63,982 nt of DNA from a candidate division FCPU426 bacterium (GTDB lineage Bacteria; Oederibacteriota; PGYV01; Palsa-1178). The stretch spans positions 1 through 63,982 of the forward strand of contig PMTB01000064.1 of the NCBI GenBank assembly GCA_003167475.1, in the 5' to 3' direction. The position numbers and the translations under genes are program-made. This document shows, in pieces, positions 1 to 8,213 of the stretch. The number at the start of each line of letters is the position of its first letter. The first letter of the stretch is position 1. A model generated the notes under the pieces. That model was not told the DNA's origin. It worked only from the letters and a program-made list of their open reading frames with translations, and did no database searches.

Positions 1-69
1 ACAGGCTCAGGATGGTGAGCTTGCCGAACCACAATCTCTGTTCCTCGATAAGCATTTACAAACCTGCAG

Positions 70-124
70 TCCACAAAAGTTCAGAGATTGCTTCGTCGCT
101 GAGGATCGTGCTCCTCGCAATGAC
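70..124 (-). repeat. REP-like unit, GTCATTGCGAGGAGC...CGACGAAGCAATCTC family (reverse orientation)
   Basis: About 55 nt whose reverse complement closely matches 37426-37480. ORF 12..194 simply reads through it. Confidence 0.7.
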
Positions 125-141
125 GGGCAAACTGGTCTATC

Positions 142-1263
142 CTAAAAAAACTGCTTTATTATCTCATTTGAAAGCAAAAACCCTTTTCGCGTAAGTGATA
201 AGGCCGTGTCAATGTTCTCCGCAAGCCCTTCCGCCTTCAATTTGCCTATCATATTACTATATTTAGCCGGAAAATCAAATTCAAATATGGACTTAAACCC
301 GGCGTAGTCAAGCCCGTCCTTTGTCCGCAGCCTCATCATTATATAATCCTTCTTCTTTTTTTCATCGTCTATTTTTTCCGTAAAACCGGCAGGGTCCTCT
401 CCGGCCTTTATTTTTTTGATGTAATCCGCCGGCGATTCCACGTTGGAAAACCGCGACTGCTTAAAATACGACGCCGCGGACGAACCTATCCCGATATATT
501 CCCCCGGTTTCCAGTAATTCAGGTTATGTTTGCACTGCTTTCCGGGCAGGGCAAAGTTCGATATTTCATACTGGGCATAGCCCGCCGCCTCGAGCGCCTG
601 GGCCCCGCGCTCATACATGTGGCCTATGACCTCGTCATGGGGAAGTTCCATCTCGCCCCTTTCCGAAAGGCGCCCGAATTCAGTGTGCGAATATACCGTA
701 AGCATATAAAAAGAAACATGTTCGGGCTTAAGCTTCACAATTTCCCCTATATTATGAAGGACATCAGCGGTTGACTGCCCCTCTATTCCGTACATCAGGT
801 CAAAATTGATGTTTTTGATATTGTGCTTCCTGAGGATGTCATAAGCTTTGTATATGGACTCGGCACTGTGTATCCTGCACAGCTTTTCCAGGAACTTGTC
901 ATGGAAGCTCTGGCATCCCATGCTGACCCTGCCGGCGTTCGCCTCCAGGATCCGTGCTTTTTTTTCCGTAACAGTTTCCGGGTTCACTTCCATTGTTATT
1001 TCCCTGAGCTTTTTCCTGTCAATTATGGAATATATGCCGGTAAAAAGGCTGTCCATCTGCTTTTCGGTCAGTACTGTAGGGGTTCCCCCGCCGATGAAAA
1101 GCGTATCAAATTCAATTCCGAAGTTATTCTTATAATGCCTTAATTCCCTTAGGACGCATTCTATATAATCGTCCGCAAGGTAAAGGATATCGTCAAACGA
1201 CGAAAAATCGCAGTATGGGCATTTCTTGATACAAAAAGGTATGTGGACGTAGAGGCCGGGCAT
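142..1263 (-). CDS. hemW: radical SAM HemN/HemW-family protein (heme chaperone / coproporphyrinogen-III oxidase-like)
   Basis: 373-aa ORF with a CxxxCxxC radical-SAM motif near the N-terminus (HIPFCIKKCPYCDF). Length and C-terminal region are typical of HemW. Confidence 0.85.
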   Translation of the reverse strand: MPGLYVHIPFCIKKCPYCDFSSFDDILYLADDYIECVLRELRHYKNNFGIEFDTLFIGGGTPTVLTEKQMDSLFTGIYSIIDRKKLREITMEVNPETVTEKKARILEANAGRVSMGCQSFHDKFLEKLCRIHSAESIYKAYDILRKHNIKNINFDLMYGIEGQSTADVLHNIGEIVKLKPEHVSFYMLTVYSHTEFGRLSERGEMELPHDEVIGHMYERGAQALEAAGYAQYEISNFALPGKQCKHNLNYWKPGEYIGIGSSAASYFKQSRFSNVESPADYIKKIKAGEDPAGFTEKIDDEKKKKDYIMMRLRTKDGLDYAGFKSIFEFDFPAKYSNMIGKLKAEGLAENIDTALSLTRKGFLLSNEIIKQFF

Positions 1264-1280
1264 AAAAACTCCTTAGTTTA

Positions 1281-1967
1281 TTATCTCTTGTTGGGCCTTA
1301 TTTCGTAGTGCCGTACCACCCTCCACCTTTTTGGAGGCCAATATACCAGCCAGGCTTTTCCCTGAAGGTACTTTTCCGGCACAAAACCCCAAAAACGCGA
1401 ATCATCGGAGGAATCCCTGTTATCCCCCATCATGAAATAGTTCCCCTGGGGTATAGTGACAGGCCCGTAAAAATCACGCATTGACTGTTTGCCCTCCAAA
1501 AGTCTTTTATCCTTATGGAAAACATACGGTTCCGTTACTTTATTACCGTTTATATACAATGCCTTGTCCCTGACCATGATTACATCCCCGGGTAATCCCA
1601 TACACCGCTTTACAAAAGTAAGTTTTGGGTCTTCCGGATATTTAAAAAGAACGACTTCACCCCTTTTTGGCGATTGAAATTTAAGTATTTTAGTGTTTTT
1701 GCCGGGCAGGGATATTCCGTAAGTGAACCTTGCCGCCATTATCCGGTCCCCTATAAGCAGCGTGTCTTCCATTGATGAAGTGGGTATCATAAATGATTGT
1801 ATTACAAAAAACTTTAGAAATACCGCTATAATCATAGCCACTAATGATGTTTCCACCCAGTATCTGACAATATTGTCCTTTGGAAGCCTGAAAAACAGCA
1901 TAATTACCGCCAATACGCCTGCCAAAACCATGACAAGGCCGCAAAATATTATGTCAATCATCCCCAC
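1281..1967 (-). CDS. lepB: signal peptidase I
   Basis: N-terminal TM helix; S26 boxes PTSSMEDTL (Ser), VKRCMGLPGD (Lys) and GDNRDSSDDSRFWGFV. Confidence 0.9.
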   Translation of the reverse strand: MGMIDIIFCGLVMVLAGVLAVIMLFFRLPKDNIVRYWVETSLVAMIIAVFLKFFVIQSFMIPTSSMEDTLLIGDRIMAARFTYGISLPGKNTKILKFQSPKRGEVVLFKYPEDPKLTFVKRCMGLPGDVIMVRDKALYINGNKVTEPYVFHKDKRLLEGKQSMRDFYGPVTIPQGNYFMMGDNRDSSDDSRFWGFVPEKYLQGKAWLVYWPPKRWRVVRHYEIRPNKR

Positions 1968-2091
1968 TGTCCTTCATCTCCATTTTCAGCATAGTATTAA
2001 TATATGTTTAATACACGCAAAAAGCAAGAGATTTTCAATCCGGATATTCCAATAAATGCCTGTAAAAGCATGAAGAACCCTAATTTTTGAT

Positions 2092-2120
2092 TTGACATAT
2101 TGCTTCAATGGTGGTATAAA
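2092..2120 (+). promoter_or_regulatory. sigma70-type promoter (TTGACA-17-TATAAA) for the inositol-lipid operon
   Basis: TTGACA at 2092-2097, 17-nt spacer, TATAAA at 2115-2120. It lies inside the 5' end of the raw ORF 2092..2787, which argues for the downstream ATG at 2179. Confidence 0.55.
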
Positions 2121-2178
2121 TACACGTCATAAAAAAATCCAGCAAATTAACTTTTGCTTGAGGAGTTTTTTTGCCAAA

Positions 2179-2787
2179 ATGGGATATAAAGAGGTCCGGG
2201 ATTCGCTAAAAAACCTGGGGCAGAGGATTTTGGCCCCATTACTCGATCTTTTACATAAAACAGGCATAACACCAAATGCGATAACTTGGATAGGTTTTTT
2301 GCTTCTTTTGCCTGCTGTTTATTTACTGGCAATCGGCCGTTTTTTACCCGCTGCCCTCATAATCATATTTGCCTCCATTTTTGACATGTTAGACGGCGCC
2401 CTGGCCAGGAAATATGACCAAAAAACTAAATTTGGCGGTTTTTTAGACTCCACCGTGGACAGATTTTCTGAAGGTGTTTTATACCTCGGTCTTTTAATAC
2501 ACTATGGTGGAATCGGCAATTTTAACGGTATTTTACTCTGCTACGTCACTTTATTTGTTTCATTCCTGGTCAGTTACATCAGGGCAAGGGCGGGCGGCTT
2601 GAAAATCGACTGTGAGATAGGGCTTTTTACAAGACCTGAAAGGCTTATTGCGCTGATTATTGGACTGCTGACCAATTGGGTCTTTGTGATAATGATAGTG
2701 ATTTCAGTTGTTTCTTTTGTCACTGTCATTCAGCGTATGTGGCTCGTTTTTATTGAGGGCCAAAAGTTGGACAAAATCAAAAAATGA
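2179..2787 (+). CDS. CDP-alcohol phosphatidyltransferase, probable phosphatidylinositol-phosphate synthase
   Basis: Exact D-x2-D-G-x2-A-R-x8-G-x3-D-x3-D motif ([31 protein letters not shown]). Multi-TM. GAGGAG RBS before the ATG at 2179. Directly precedes an Ino1 gene. Confidence 0.8.
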   Translation: MGYKEVRDSLKNLGQRILAPLLDLLHKTGITPNAITWIGFLLLLPAVYLLAIGRFLPAALIIIFASIFDMLDGALARKYDQKTKFGGFLDSTVDRFSEGVLYLGLLIHYGGIGNFNGILLCYVTLFVSFLVSYIRARAGGLKIDCEIGLFTRPERLIALIIGLLTNWVFVIMIVISVVSFVTVIQRMWLVFIEGQKLDKIKK

Positions 2788-2815
2788 ATTAATTATCAAG
2801 GAGGAAACACAGAAA

Positions 2816-3889
2816 ATGGAAAAGAAAATCAGATTGGCAATTGCCGGGCTTGGGAACTGCGCCTGGTCGCTTATGCAGGGACTGGAGTATTACAAAAACG
2901 TGGCCGATGACGCGCAGATACAGGGTTTGATGCACGCAAACCTGGGCGGATACAGGATAAAAGACATCGAACTCGTTGCCGCATTTGACGTGGACGCCAA
3001 TAAAGTCGGCAAAGACGCCAAAGACGCCCTGGAAAGCTTCCCTAACAACACTATTGAATTTGCCAAACTAAAAAAGACGGGCATAAAAGTAATGAAGGGC
3101 AAAACCCTTGACGGCCTCGGCAAGTACTACCAAACCGTGGTCAAAGAGTCAAAATTAAAATCTGTTGATGTGGCTGCGGTGCTTAAAAGGACAAAAGCCG
3201 ACGTTTTGGTATCATACCTTCCCGTGGGTTCTGAAAATGCCGTAAAGTTCTATGCCATGGAAGCCCTTAAAGCCAAAACAGCCTTTATCAATGCCATCCC
3301 TGTATTTATCGCTTCCACCCCGGAGTGGGCAGAGAAATTCAGGAAAGCCGGTGTGCCTATAATAGGGGACGATATCAAATCCCAGGTCGGCGCAACCATA
3401 ATACACAGGGTGCTGACGAAATTATTCGGCGACAGGGGATGCAAAATAGACAGGATGTACCAGATCAATTTCGGCGGCAACATGGACTTCATGAACATGC
3501 TGGAGCGCGAAAGGCTTTATTCCAAGAAAATATCCAAAACCAACGCGGTTTTGAGCCAGATGCAGAACAAGATAAACGCAGCCGAGGATGTCCATGTAGG
3601 CCCAAGCGACTATATACCATGGCTTAAGGACCGCAAGTGGTGCTACATACGCATGGAAGGCTCAAACTTCGGCGAAGTGCCTTTGAACCTGGAACTCAAA
3701 CTTGAGGTGTGGGACTCGCCCAACTCGGCAGGCGTCATAATCGACGCCGTAAGGTGCGCGAAGATAGCGCTCGACAGGAAAATAGGCGGCATGCTTGAAG
3801 GCCCTTCGGCTTACTTCATGAAAACACCTCCGAAACAGTACAGCGATTCCACAGCAAAGAAAATGGTCGAAGACTTCATCAAAGGATGA
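2816..3889 (+). CDS. ino1: myo-inositol-1-phosphate synthase (short archaeal/actinobacterial type)
   Basis: Rossmann start [12 protein letters not shown], about 357 aa, conserved core ([31 protein letters not shown]). AAGGAGGA RBS before the ATG at 2816. Confidence 0.85.
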   Translation: MEKKIRLAIAGLGNCAWSLMQGLEYYKNVADDAQIQGLMHANLGGYRIKDIELVAAFDVDANKVGKDAKDALESFPNNTIEFAKLKKTGIKVMKGKTLDGLGKYYQTVVKESKLKSVDVAAVLKRTKADVLVSYLPVGSENAVKFYAMEALKAKTAFINAIPVFIASTPEWAEKFRKAGVPIIGDDIKSQVGATIIHRVLTKLFGDRGCKIDRMYQINFGGNMDFMNMLERERLYSKKISKTNAVLSQMQNKINAAEDVHVGPSDYIPWLKDRKWCYIRMEGSNFGEVPLNLELKLEVWDSPNSAGVIIDAVRCAKIALDRKIGGMLEGPSAYFMKTPPKQYSDSTAKKMVEDFIKG

Positions 3890-3893
3890 TAAT

Positions 3894-4757
3894 GTGTTTT
3901 ATCTGCTTAAAATAACAGAAATGATATTGAAAAATATCCCGCGGAAAGCGGGATATTTTTTTTCCGATATTTTTTCATTTTTTGCATTTGTGTTCGGCGG
4001 CCGGAGGAGGATCAACTTAAAGGCAAACCTTGAGGCCGTGCTTGGCGCCGGCAAAGTAACGGAAGCCATGCTTTTGTCCACGTATAAAATTTACGGGCGC
4101 TACTATTTTGATATTTTCAGCGGAAGCATAAAGTTCCCGGAAAACTCGGACCCCGTGTCCGATAATTTATTCAAAACGGAGTTTGTCCCCAAGATCCGCG
4201 GATTTTTGGAGCAAAAAAAGGGTTTTATCATAGTGTCCATGCACATTGGCAACTGGGACGCCGCCGGCTCGTATGCCGCCGGCAATTTTCCCGGCAAGGT
4301 CAACATAGTCGTGGAGAAACTATCCCCTGCAATGCTCAAATGGTTTACCCAGGCGCGCGAGAAACTCGGCATGAAGATAATCAGCCATACGGATATAAAA
4401 CAGATGATAAAAATACTCAATAACGGGGAATTACTTGTCCTGGCCTCAGACAGGGACATAGAAAAAACAGGTTTTCAGATGGAAGTCTTCGGCAAAAAAG
4501 CCTATGTACCAAGCGGCCCGGCCAAACTTGCCCTCATGACCGGTTCCCCCGTGCTCGTAGGCAGCTTCCCGCGCTCTGAAAAGGATTCCACCAAATTCGT
4601 CACAAAAGCCAATCCGGCTATATTGAACACACCATGCATGGAACGCACAAAAGAAAACATTGAACAACTCACAAAAGACATTATAATACAGATGGAAGAA
4701 CTGATAAAGCAGGACCCGCTGCAGTGGTGCATGTTGCAGCGGTTTTTTGTGGAATAG
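3894..4757 (+). CDS. LpxL/HtrB-family lipid acyltransferase (PatA-like)
   Basis: N-terminal TM helix and an HX4D acyltransferase motif (HIGNWD). Paralogue of 6007..6885. GTG start assumed. Confidence 0.7.
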   Translation: MFYLLKITEMILKNIPRKAGYFFSDIFSFFAFVFGGRRRINLKANLEAVLGAGKVTEAMLLSTYKIYGRYYFDIFSGSIKFPENSDPVSDNLFKTEFVPKIRGFLEQKKGFIIVSMHIGNWDAAGSYAAGNFPGKVNIVVEKLSPAMLKWFTQAREKLGMKIISHTDIKQMIKILNNGELLVLASDRDIEKTGFQMEVFGKKAYVPSGPAKLALMTGSPVLVGSFPRSEKDSTKFVTKANPAILNTPCMERTKENIEQLTKDIIIQMEELIKQDPLQWCMLQRFFVE

Positions 4758-4763
4758 AAATGC

Positions 4764-4849
4764 GTAGAGCGGCTGCTTGCTGCCTCTCTGTCGCCGGCTT
4801 TAAATACCCTTATTAACCAACGATGAGCGGCAGCAAGCAGCCGCTCTAC
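4764..4849. repeat. REPIN-like doublet: two inverted GTAG-headed REP units (GTAGAGCGGC-N8-GCCGCTC)
   Basis: Left arm 4764-4788 and right arm 4825-4849 are reverse complements with one mismatch. Each arm is itself a small palindrome preceded by GTAG. Confidence 0.75.
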
Positions 4850-4859
4850 AGGAGACTTT

Positions 4860-6005
4860 TTGAAAAAACATCTTGCTTTTAAAAGCATAGCCATCGTCAC
4901 CCCCTACTACTACCCCTTATACGGCGGGGTCCAGGAGTATGTCTATCACCTCAAGGAAGAGTATAAAAAACTCGGTTACAGGGTGCGCGTCATAACCGGC
5001 GGTTTTAAAAAGGAAAAAAGCCATGATGAAAAGGACGTCATCAGGATAGGCCGCGGCATACCCTTCAGGATAAACGGTTCTGTGGGCCGTATAATAATAA
5101 TAAAGAAAGCCGAGCATGTAAAAGAAATCCTGGCAAAACACAAATTCGACGTCATACACTACCAGGAACCGTTTGTGCCTTTCCTTTCCCACTCGGTCAT
5201 TAATAACTCTTCAGCCCTCAATATCGCCACCTTCCACGCCAATTTCGACAAAAACGGCTTTTACCGGTACGGCGTCGGCATACTCAAACCCCTGTGGAAA
5301 AAAATACACGGCAGGATAGCGGTGTCACCCTCTGCCAAGTCGAGCATTACGAAGTATTTCTCCGACCGCCACGTGGAGATCATACCAAACGGCGTCGACA
5401 TAAAACGCTTTAAGCCCTCAAACAAGCCGCTGGAAAAATATTCCGACGGAAAACTCAATATTCTTTTCACCGGAAGGATAGAAAAACGCAAGGGCCTGAT
5501 ATACCTTATACAGGCATACAAGCTGCTCAAGAAAAAACACCCCCGCATACGGCTCATAGTCGTCGGCCGCGGTCCGCTTTTGAAGCATCACAGGAAGTAC
5601 ATAATCAAACACAGGATACATGGCATTCATTTTGAGGGGTTTGTTCCGGCGGAAATACTGCCCCGTTATTTTGCCACGGCCGACATATTCTGCTCGCCCG
5701 CGCTTTTCGGCGAATCGTTCGGGATAGTGCTCCTGGAAGCCATGGCAGCCGGGAAACCCGTTGTGGCGTTTGATATCAGCGGTTACAGGGACGTGGTTGA
5801 CAATAACGTCAACGGCCTACTGGCAAAACCAAAGGACATTCACGACCTCGCTTCAAAACTCGAAAAACTCGTCGTTAATTTGAAGCTTCGTAAAAGGCTC
5901 GGGAAGAACGGAATAAATAAAACGAAGGATTTCACCTGGAAAAAGATCGCCGTAAAAAACATAAAATTCTACAAAAAAATACTCGGCGAAAGAAAGAAGG
6001 TTTAA
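4860..6005 (+). CDS. GT4 family glycosyltransferase, PimA-like (phosphatidylinositol mannosyltransferase candidate)
   Basis: N-terminus VTPYYYPLYGGVQEYVYHL resembles the PimA GGVQ region. E-x7-E motif (ESFGIVLLE). TTG start with an AGGAGA RBS. Confidence 0.7.
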   Translation: MKKHLAFKSIAIVTPYYYPLYGGVQEYVYHLKEEYKKLGYRVRVITGGFKKEKSHDEKDVIRIGRGIPFRINGSVGRIIIIKKAEHVKEILAKHKFDVIHYQEPFVPFLSHSVINNSSALNIATFHANFDKNGFYRYGVGILKPLWKKIHGRIAVSPSAKSSITKYFSDRHVEIIPNGVDIKRFKPSNKPLEKYSDGKLNILFTGRIEKRKGLIYLIQAYKLLKKKHPRIRLIVVGRGPLLKHHRKYIIKHRIHGIHFEGFVPAEILPRYFATADIFCSPALFGESFGIVLLEAMAAGKPVVAFDISGYRDVVDNNVNGLLAKPKDIHDLASKLEKLVVNLKLRKRLGKNGINKTKDFTWKKIAVKNIKFYKKILGERKKV

Positions 6006-6006
6006 A

Positions 6007-6885
6007 ATGTATTATATACTTCGCGTTGTCCAGTTTATTGTTTCTTTAATCCCCATCAAGGCGCTCTACGCATTCGCGGGGTTCATGACCAAGCTTGTCT
6101 TCACTTTCTGGAAGGAAAAAAGGGACAACGTTTACAGGAATTACTCGCTTATACTGGCAAAAAAATACGGCCGCCCCGCGACCGACGCCGAGATAAAAAA
6201 AGTAATGAACGATAATTTTTACAACTATGGCATGTTCAACGTGGAATTTTTGTACATGCATAAACTTATAAAAATGTCGAATCTTCCCCCTATAAGGAAC
6301 CTGGAAAGGGCCGAGGAGGGCTTAAAATCGGGCAAGGGCCTGATTATATGCACCCTGCATTTTTCAAACTGGGACGCGGCCGGCACCATCGTTTCCGGCC
6401 ATTACAAAGGCAAACGTGAAGTTTGGGCAATAGCAGACGACCTTGGAGGGGGCTACTCAAGGTTCATACAGGAATCCCGCGCCCAATACGGCATACATGT
6501 CGTCCTGCCGAACAAGAACCTTAAGGACGCCTACACCTGCCTGCAGAACGGCGGCATTTTAAACGTGCTTGTGGACCGCCCCTTGCCGCGCTCGGATAAA
6601 AGCGGGGTAGAGGTCGATTTCTTCGGAAAAAAGGCCTATGTGGCCACCGCAGCGGCCAGGATAGCCCTTAAAACAGGGGCCGCCATGCTTGTGGGCTATG
6701 CGGTAAGGGACGGCGACAGTTTCTACGGCCAGCCCGGGGAACTTATCAAATACACACCCACAGGCGACAAGGATAAGGATATTCAGATGGTGACCCAGGC
6801 ATTGATAACGGAAGCTGAAAAACTGATTATGGCCCACCCCGAACAGTGGTATATGTTCAGGGATTTCTGGAATAAAAAGGATTAA
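6007..6885 (+). CDS. LpxL/HtrB-family lipid acyltransferase, second paralogue
   Basis: HX4D motif (HFSNWD) and the same architecture and C-terminal PEQW motif as 3894..4757. Confidence 0.7.
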   Translation: MYYILRVVQFIVSLIPIKALYAFAGFMTKLVFTFWKEKRDNVYRNYSLILAKKYGRPATDAEIKKVMNDNFYNYGMFNVEFLYMHKLIKMSNLPPIRNLERAEEGLKSGKGLIICTLHFSNWDAAGTIVSGHYKGKREVWAIADDLGGGYSRFIQESRAQYGIHVVLPNKNLKDAYTCLQNGGILNVLVDRPLPRSDKSGVEVDFFGKKAYVATAAARIALKTGAAMLVGYAVRDGDSFYGQPGELIKYTPTGDKDKDIQMVTQALITEAEKLIMAHPEQWYMFRDFWNKKD

Positions 6886-6889
6886 ACCA

Positions 6890-7621
6890 ATGGCTGAAAA
6901 AACAGCGGTAAAAACAGACAAACTCCCGAAAGGTTTCAGCAAAGCAGACTACCACCTGCACACATCCATAGGGGACGCTGTGTGCACGCCCGAGGAAATA
7001 GTTGACCATGTGGAAAAAAATACCGACTTAAGAGTAATAGCCATCACGGACCACGACCAGATAAAGGGCGCAATAGCCGCGAGGGAGTACGCGAAAAAGA
7101 AAAAATATAAAATTAACGTCATTGTCGGAGAGGAAGTAAGCACTTTAAAGGGCCATCTTATAGGCTTGTTCATAAAAAAACGCATCCGCCGTTACACGGG
7201 ATTGATAGACACCATAAAGGAAATGCACGCCCAGGGCGCCGTAGTAATAGTCCCTCACCCGCTCTCTTACCTGACAACCAGCGTAGGAGAAATGGCCTTT
7301 AGGAAAGTAATGGAGCACAAGGACGACGACGTGTATTTCGACGCCGTGGAACTGATAAACCCGGCGATAGCAGGCCGCGTAACAGACCCTAAAGCGATAA
7401 AACTGAACAACAGCTACTGGAAACTCCCGGCCACAGGCGGCTCAGATTCGCACTCATTGGACAACATAGGCGACGCGTATACGATATTTAAGGGGAAAAC
7501 AGAGGAAGATTTCAGAAAAGCGATACTTACCGGAAAGACATCATACGCTGGAAGGTACTGGAACTTTAAGGAACACTGGGATTTGTTTGTGAAAAAATTC
7601 AAAATGATGAAGGTGTTCTAG
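6890..7621 (+). CDS. PHP-domain metal-dependent phosphoesterase
   Basis: PHP motifs YHLHTS, AITDHD, VPHP and GGSDSH. Last gene of the + strand operon. Confidence 0.75.
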   Translation: MAEKTAVKTDKLPKGFSKADYHLHTSIGDAVCTPEEIVDHVEKNTDLRVIAITDHDQIKGAIAAREYAKKKKYKINVIVGEEVSTLKGHLIGLFIKKRIRRYTGLIDTIKEMHAQGAVVIVPHPLSYLTTSVGEMAFRKVMEHKDDDVYFDAVELINPAIAGRVTDPKAIKLNNSYWKLPATGGSDSHSLDNIGDAYTIFKGKTEEDFRKAILTGKTSYAGRYWNFKEHWDLFVKKFKMMKVF

Positions 7622-7630
7622 CGTATGGTC

Positions 7631-7811
7631 TTGTAGTCGCACCCCTTCGTCTCACCGGGGTGCGCCTAGATACGGATAATAACTTCTCCACCTATGAATT
7701 GCATCTTACTATTTACACTGATTTTTTTGCTTGTGCGGACATTCTAAAGGTTTGCGTGTCCATTTTCCATATCCAGGCGCAGGCCGGTGAACCGTAGGCC
7801 TGCGACTACAA
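7631..7811. repeat. REPIN/MITE-like element with 45-nt GTAG-headed inverted arms
   Basis: Arms 7631-7675 and 7767-7811 match 36/45 as reverse complements. Each arm has an internal hairpin (GCACCCC..GGGGTGC versus GCAGGCC..GGCCTGC) kept by compensatory changes. Confidence 0.75.
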
Positions 7812-7832
7812 ATTCCTTGAAAAAAATCCAAT

Positions 7833-7866
7833 CCAACGGTGAGCGGCGGCAAGCAGCCGCTCTACA
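7833..7866. repeat. solo REP unit of the GTAGAGCGGC family
   Basis: 34 nt matching 4817-4850 with 2 mismatches (CCAACGRTGAGCGGCRGCAAGCAGCCGCTCTACA). Confidence 0.75.
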
Positions 7867-7898
7867 TTCCCCATGCGGAGGTCGACATTTTGCACTAC

Positions 7899-8159
7899 TT
7901 ATATCATTTTATCCAAAATATTCCCGTGCATATGTATCACTATCTCCTTCGCGTCCATCTTCCTGAAGCGCTCCATCTCAACCTTTAAGGCTTCCACTGC
8001 CTTTTCGCTCATGTTCCTGAACACGCAGTTCTTGATCTCGTCATCCACGCCCAAAAGCGCCACAGCCAGCCCTTTGGGGTCGACCTTTTCATTTACCTTC
8101 CTGAGCCATCCCTGGATCTCTTCATCGGACATTGTTTTAAGCCTTGCGAGCAGCGACAT
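7899..8159 (-). CDS. small stand-alone FliG-C / MgtE-N-like helical domain protein
   Basis: 86 aa. The pattern LAVALLGVDDEIKNCVFRNMSEKAVEALKVEMERF resembles FliG ...[33 protein letters not shown]. Confidence 0.5.
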   Translation of the reverse strand: MSLLARLKTMSDEEIQGWLRKVNEKVDPKGLAVALLGVDDEIKNCVFRNMSEKAVEALKVEMERFRKMDAKEIVIHMHGNILDKMI

Positions 8160-8213
8160 AAAGTACCCCCCTGTAAATTATTTCATTCCTGAATCCAATT
8201 ATATCATCAAATC

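Noticed and set aside
12-194. 60-aa ORF at the window start.
   Set aside because: It reads through a REP-type repeat (…EIASSLRIVLLAMTGK…) and overlaps the 3' end of hemW. It is a repeat-derived artefact.
2092-2178. N-terminal 29 codons of the raw ORF for the CDP-alcohol transferase.
   Set aside because: This stretch coincides with the TTGACA-17-TATAAA promoter. The ATG at 2179 has a GAGGAG RBS and gives a normal-length protein.
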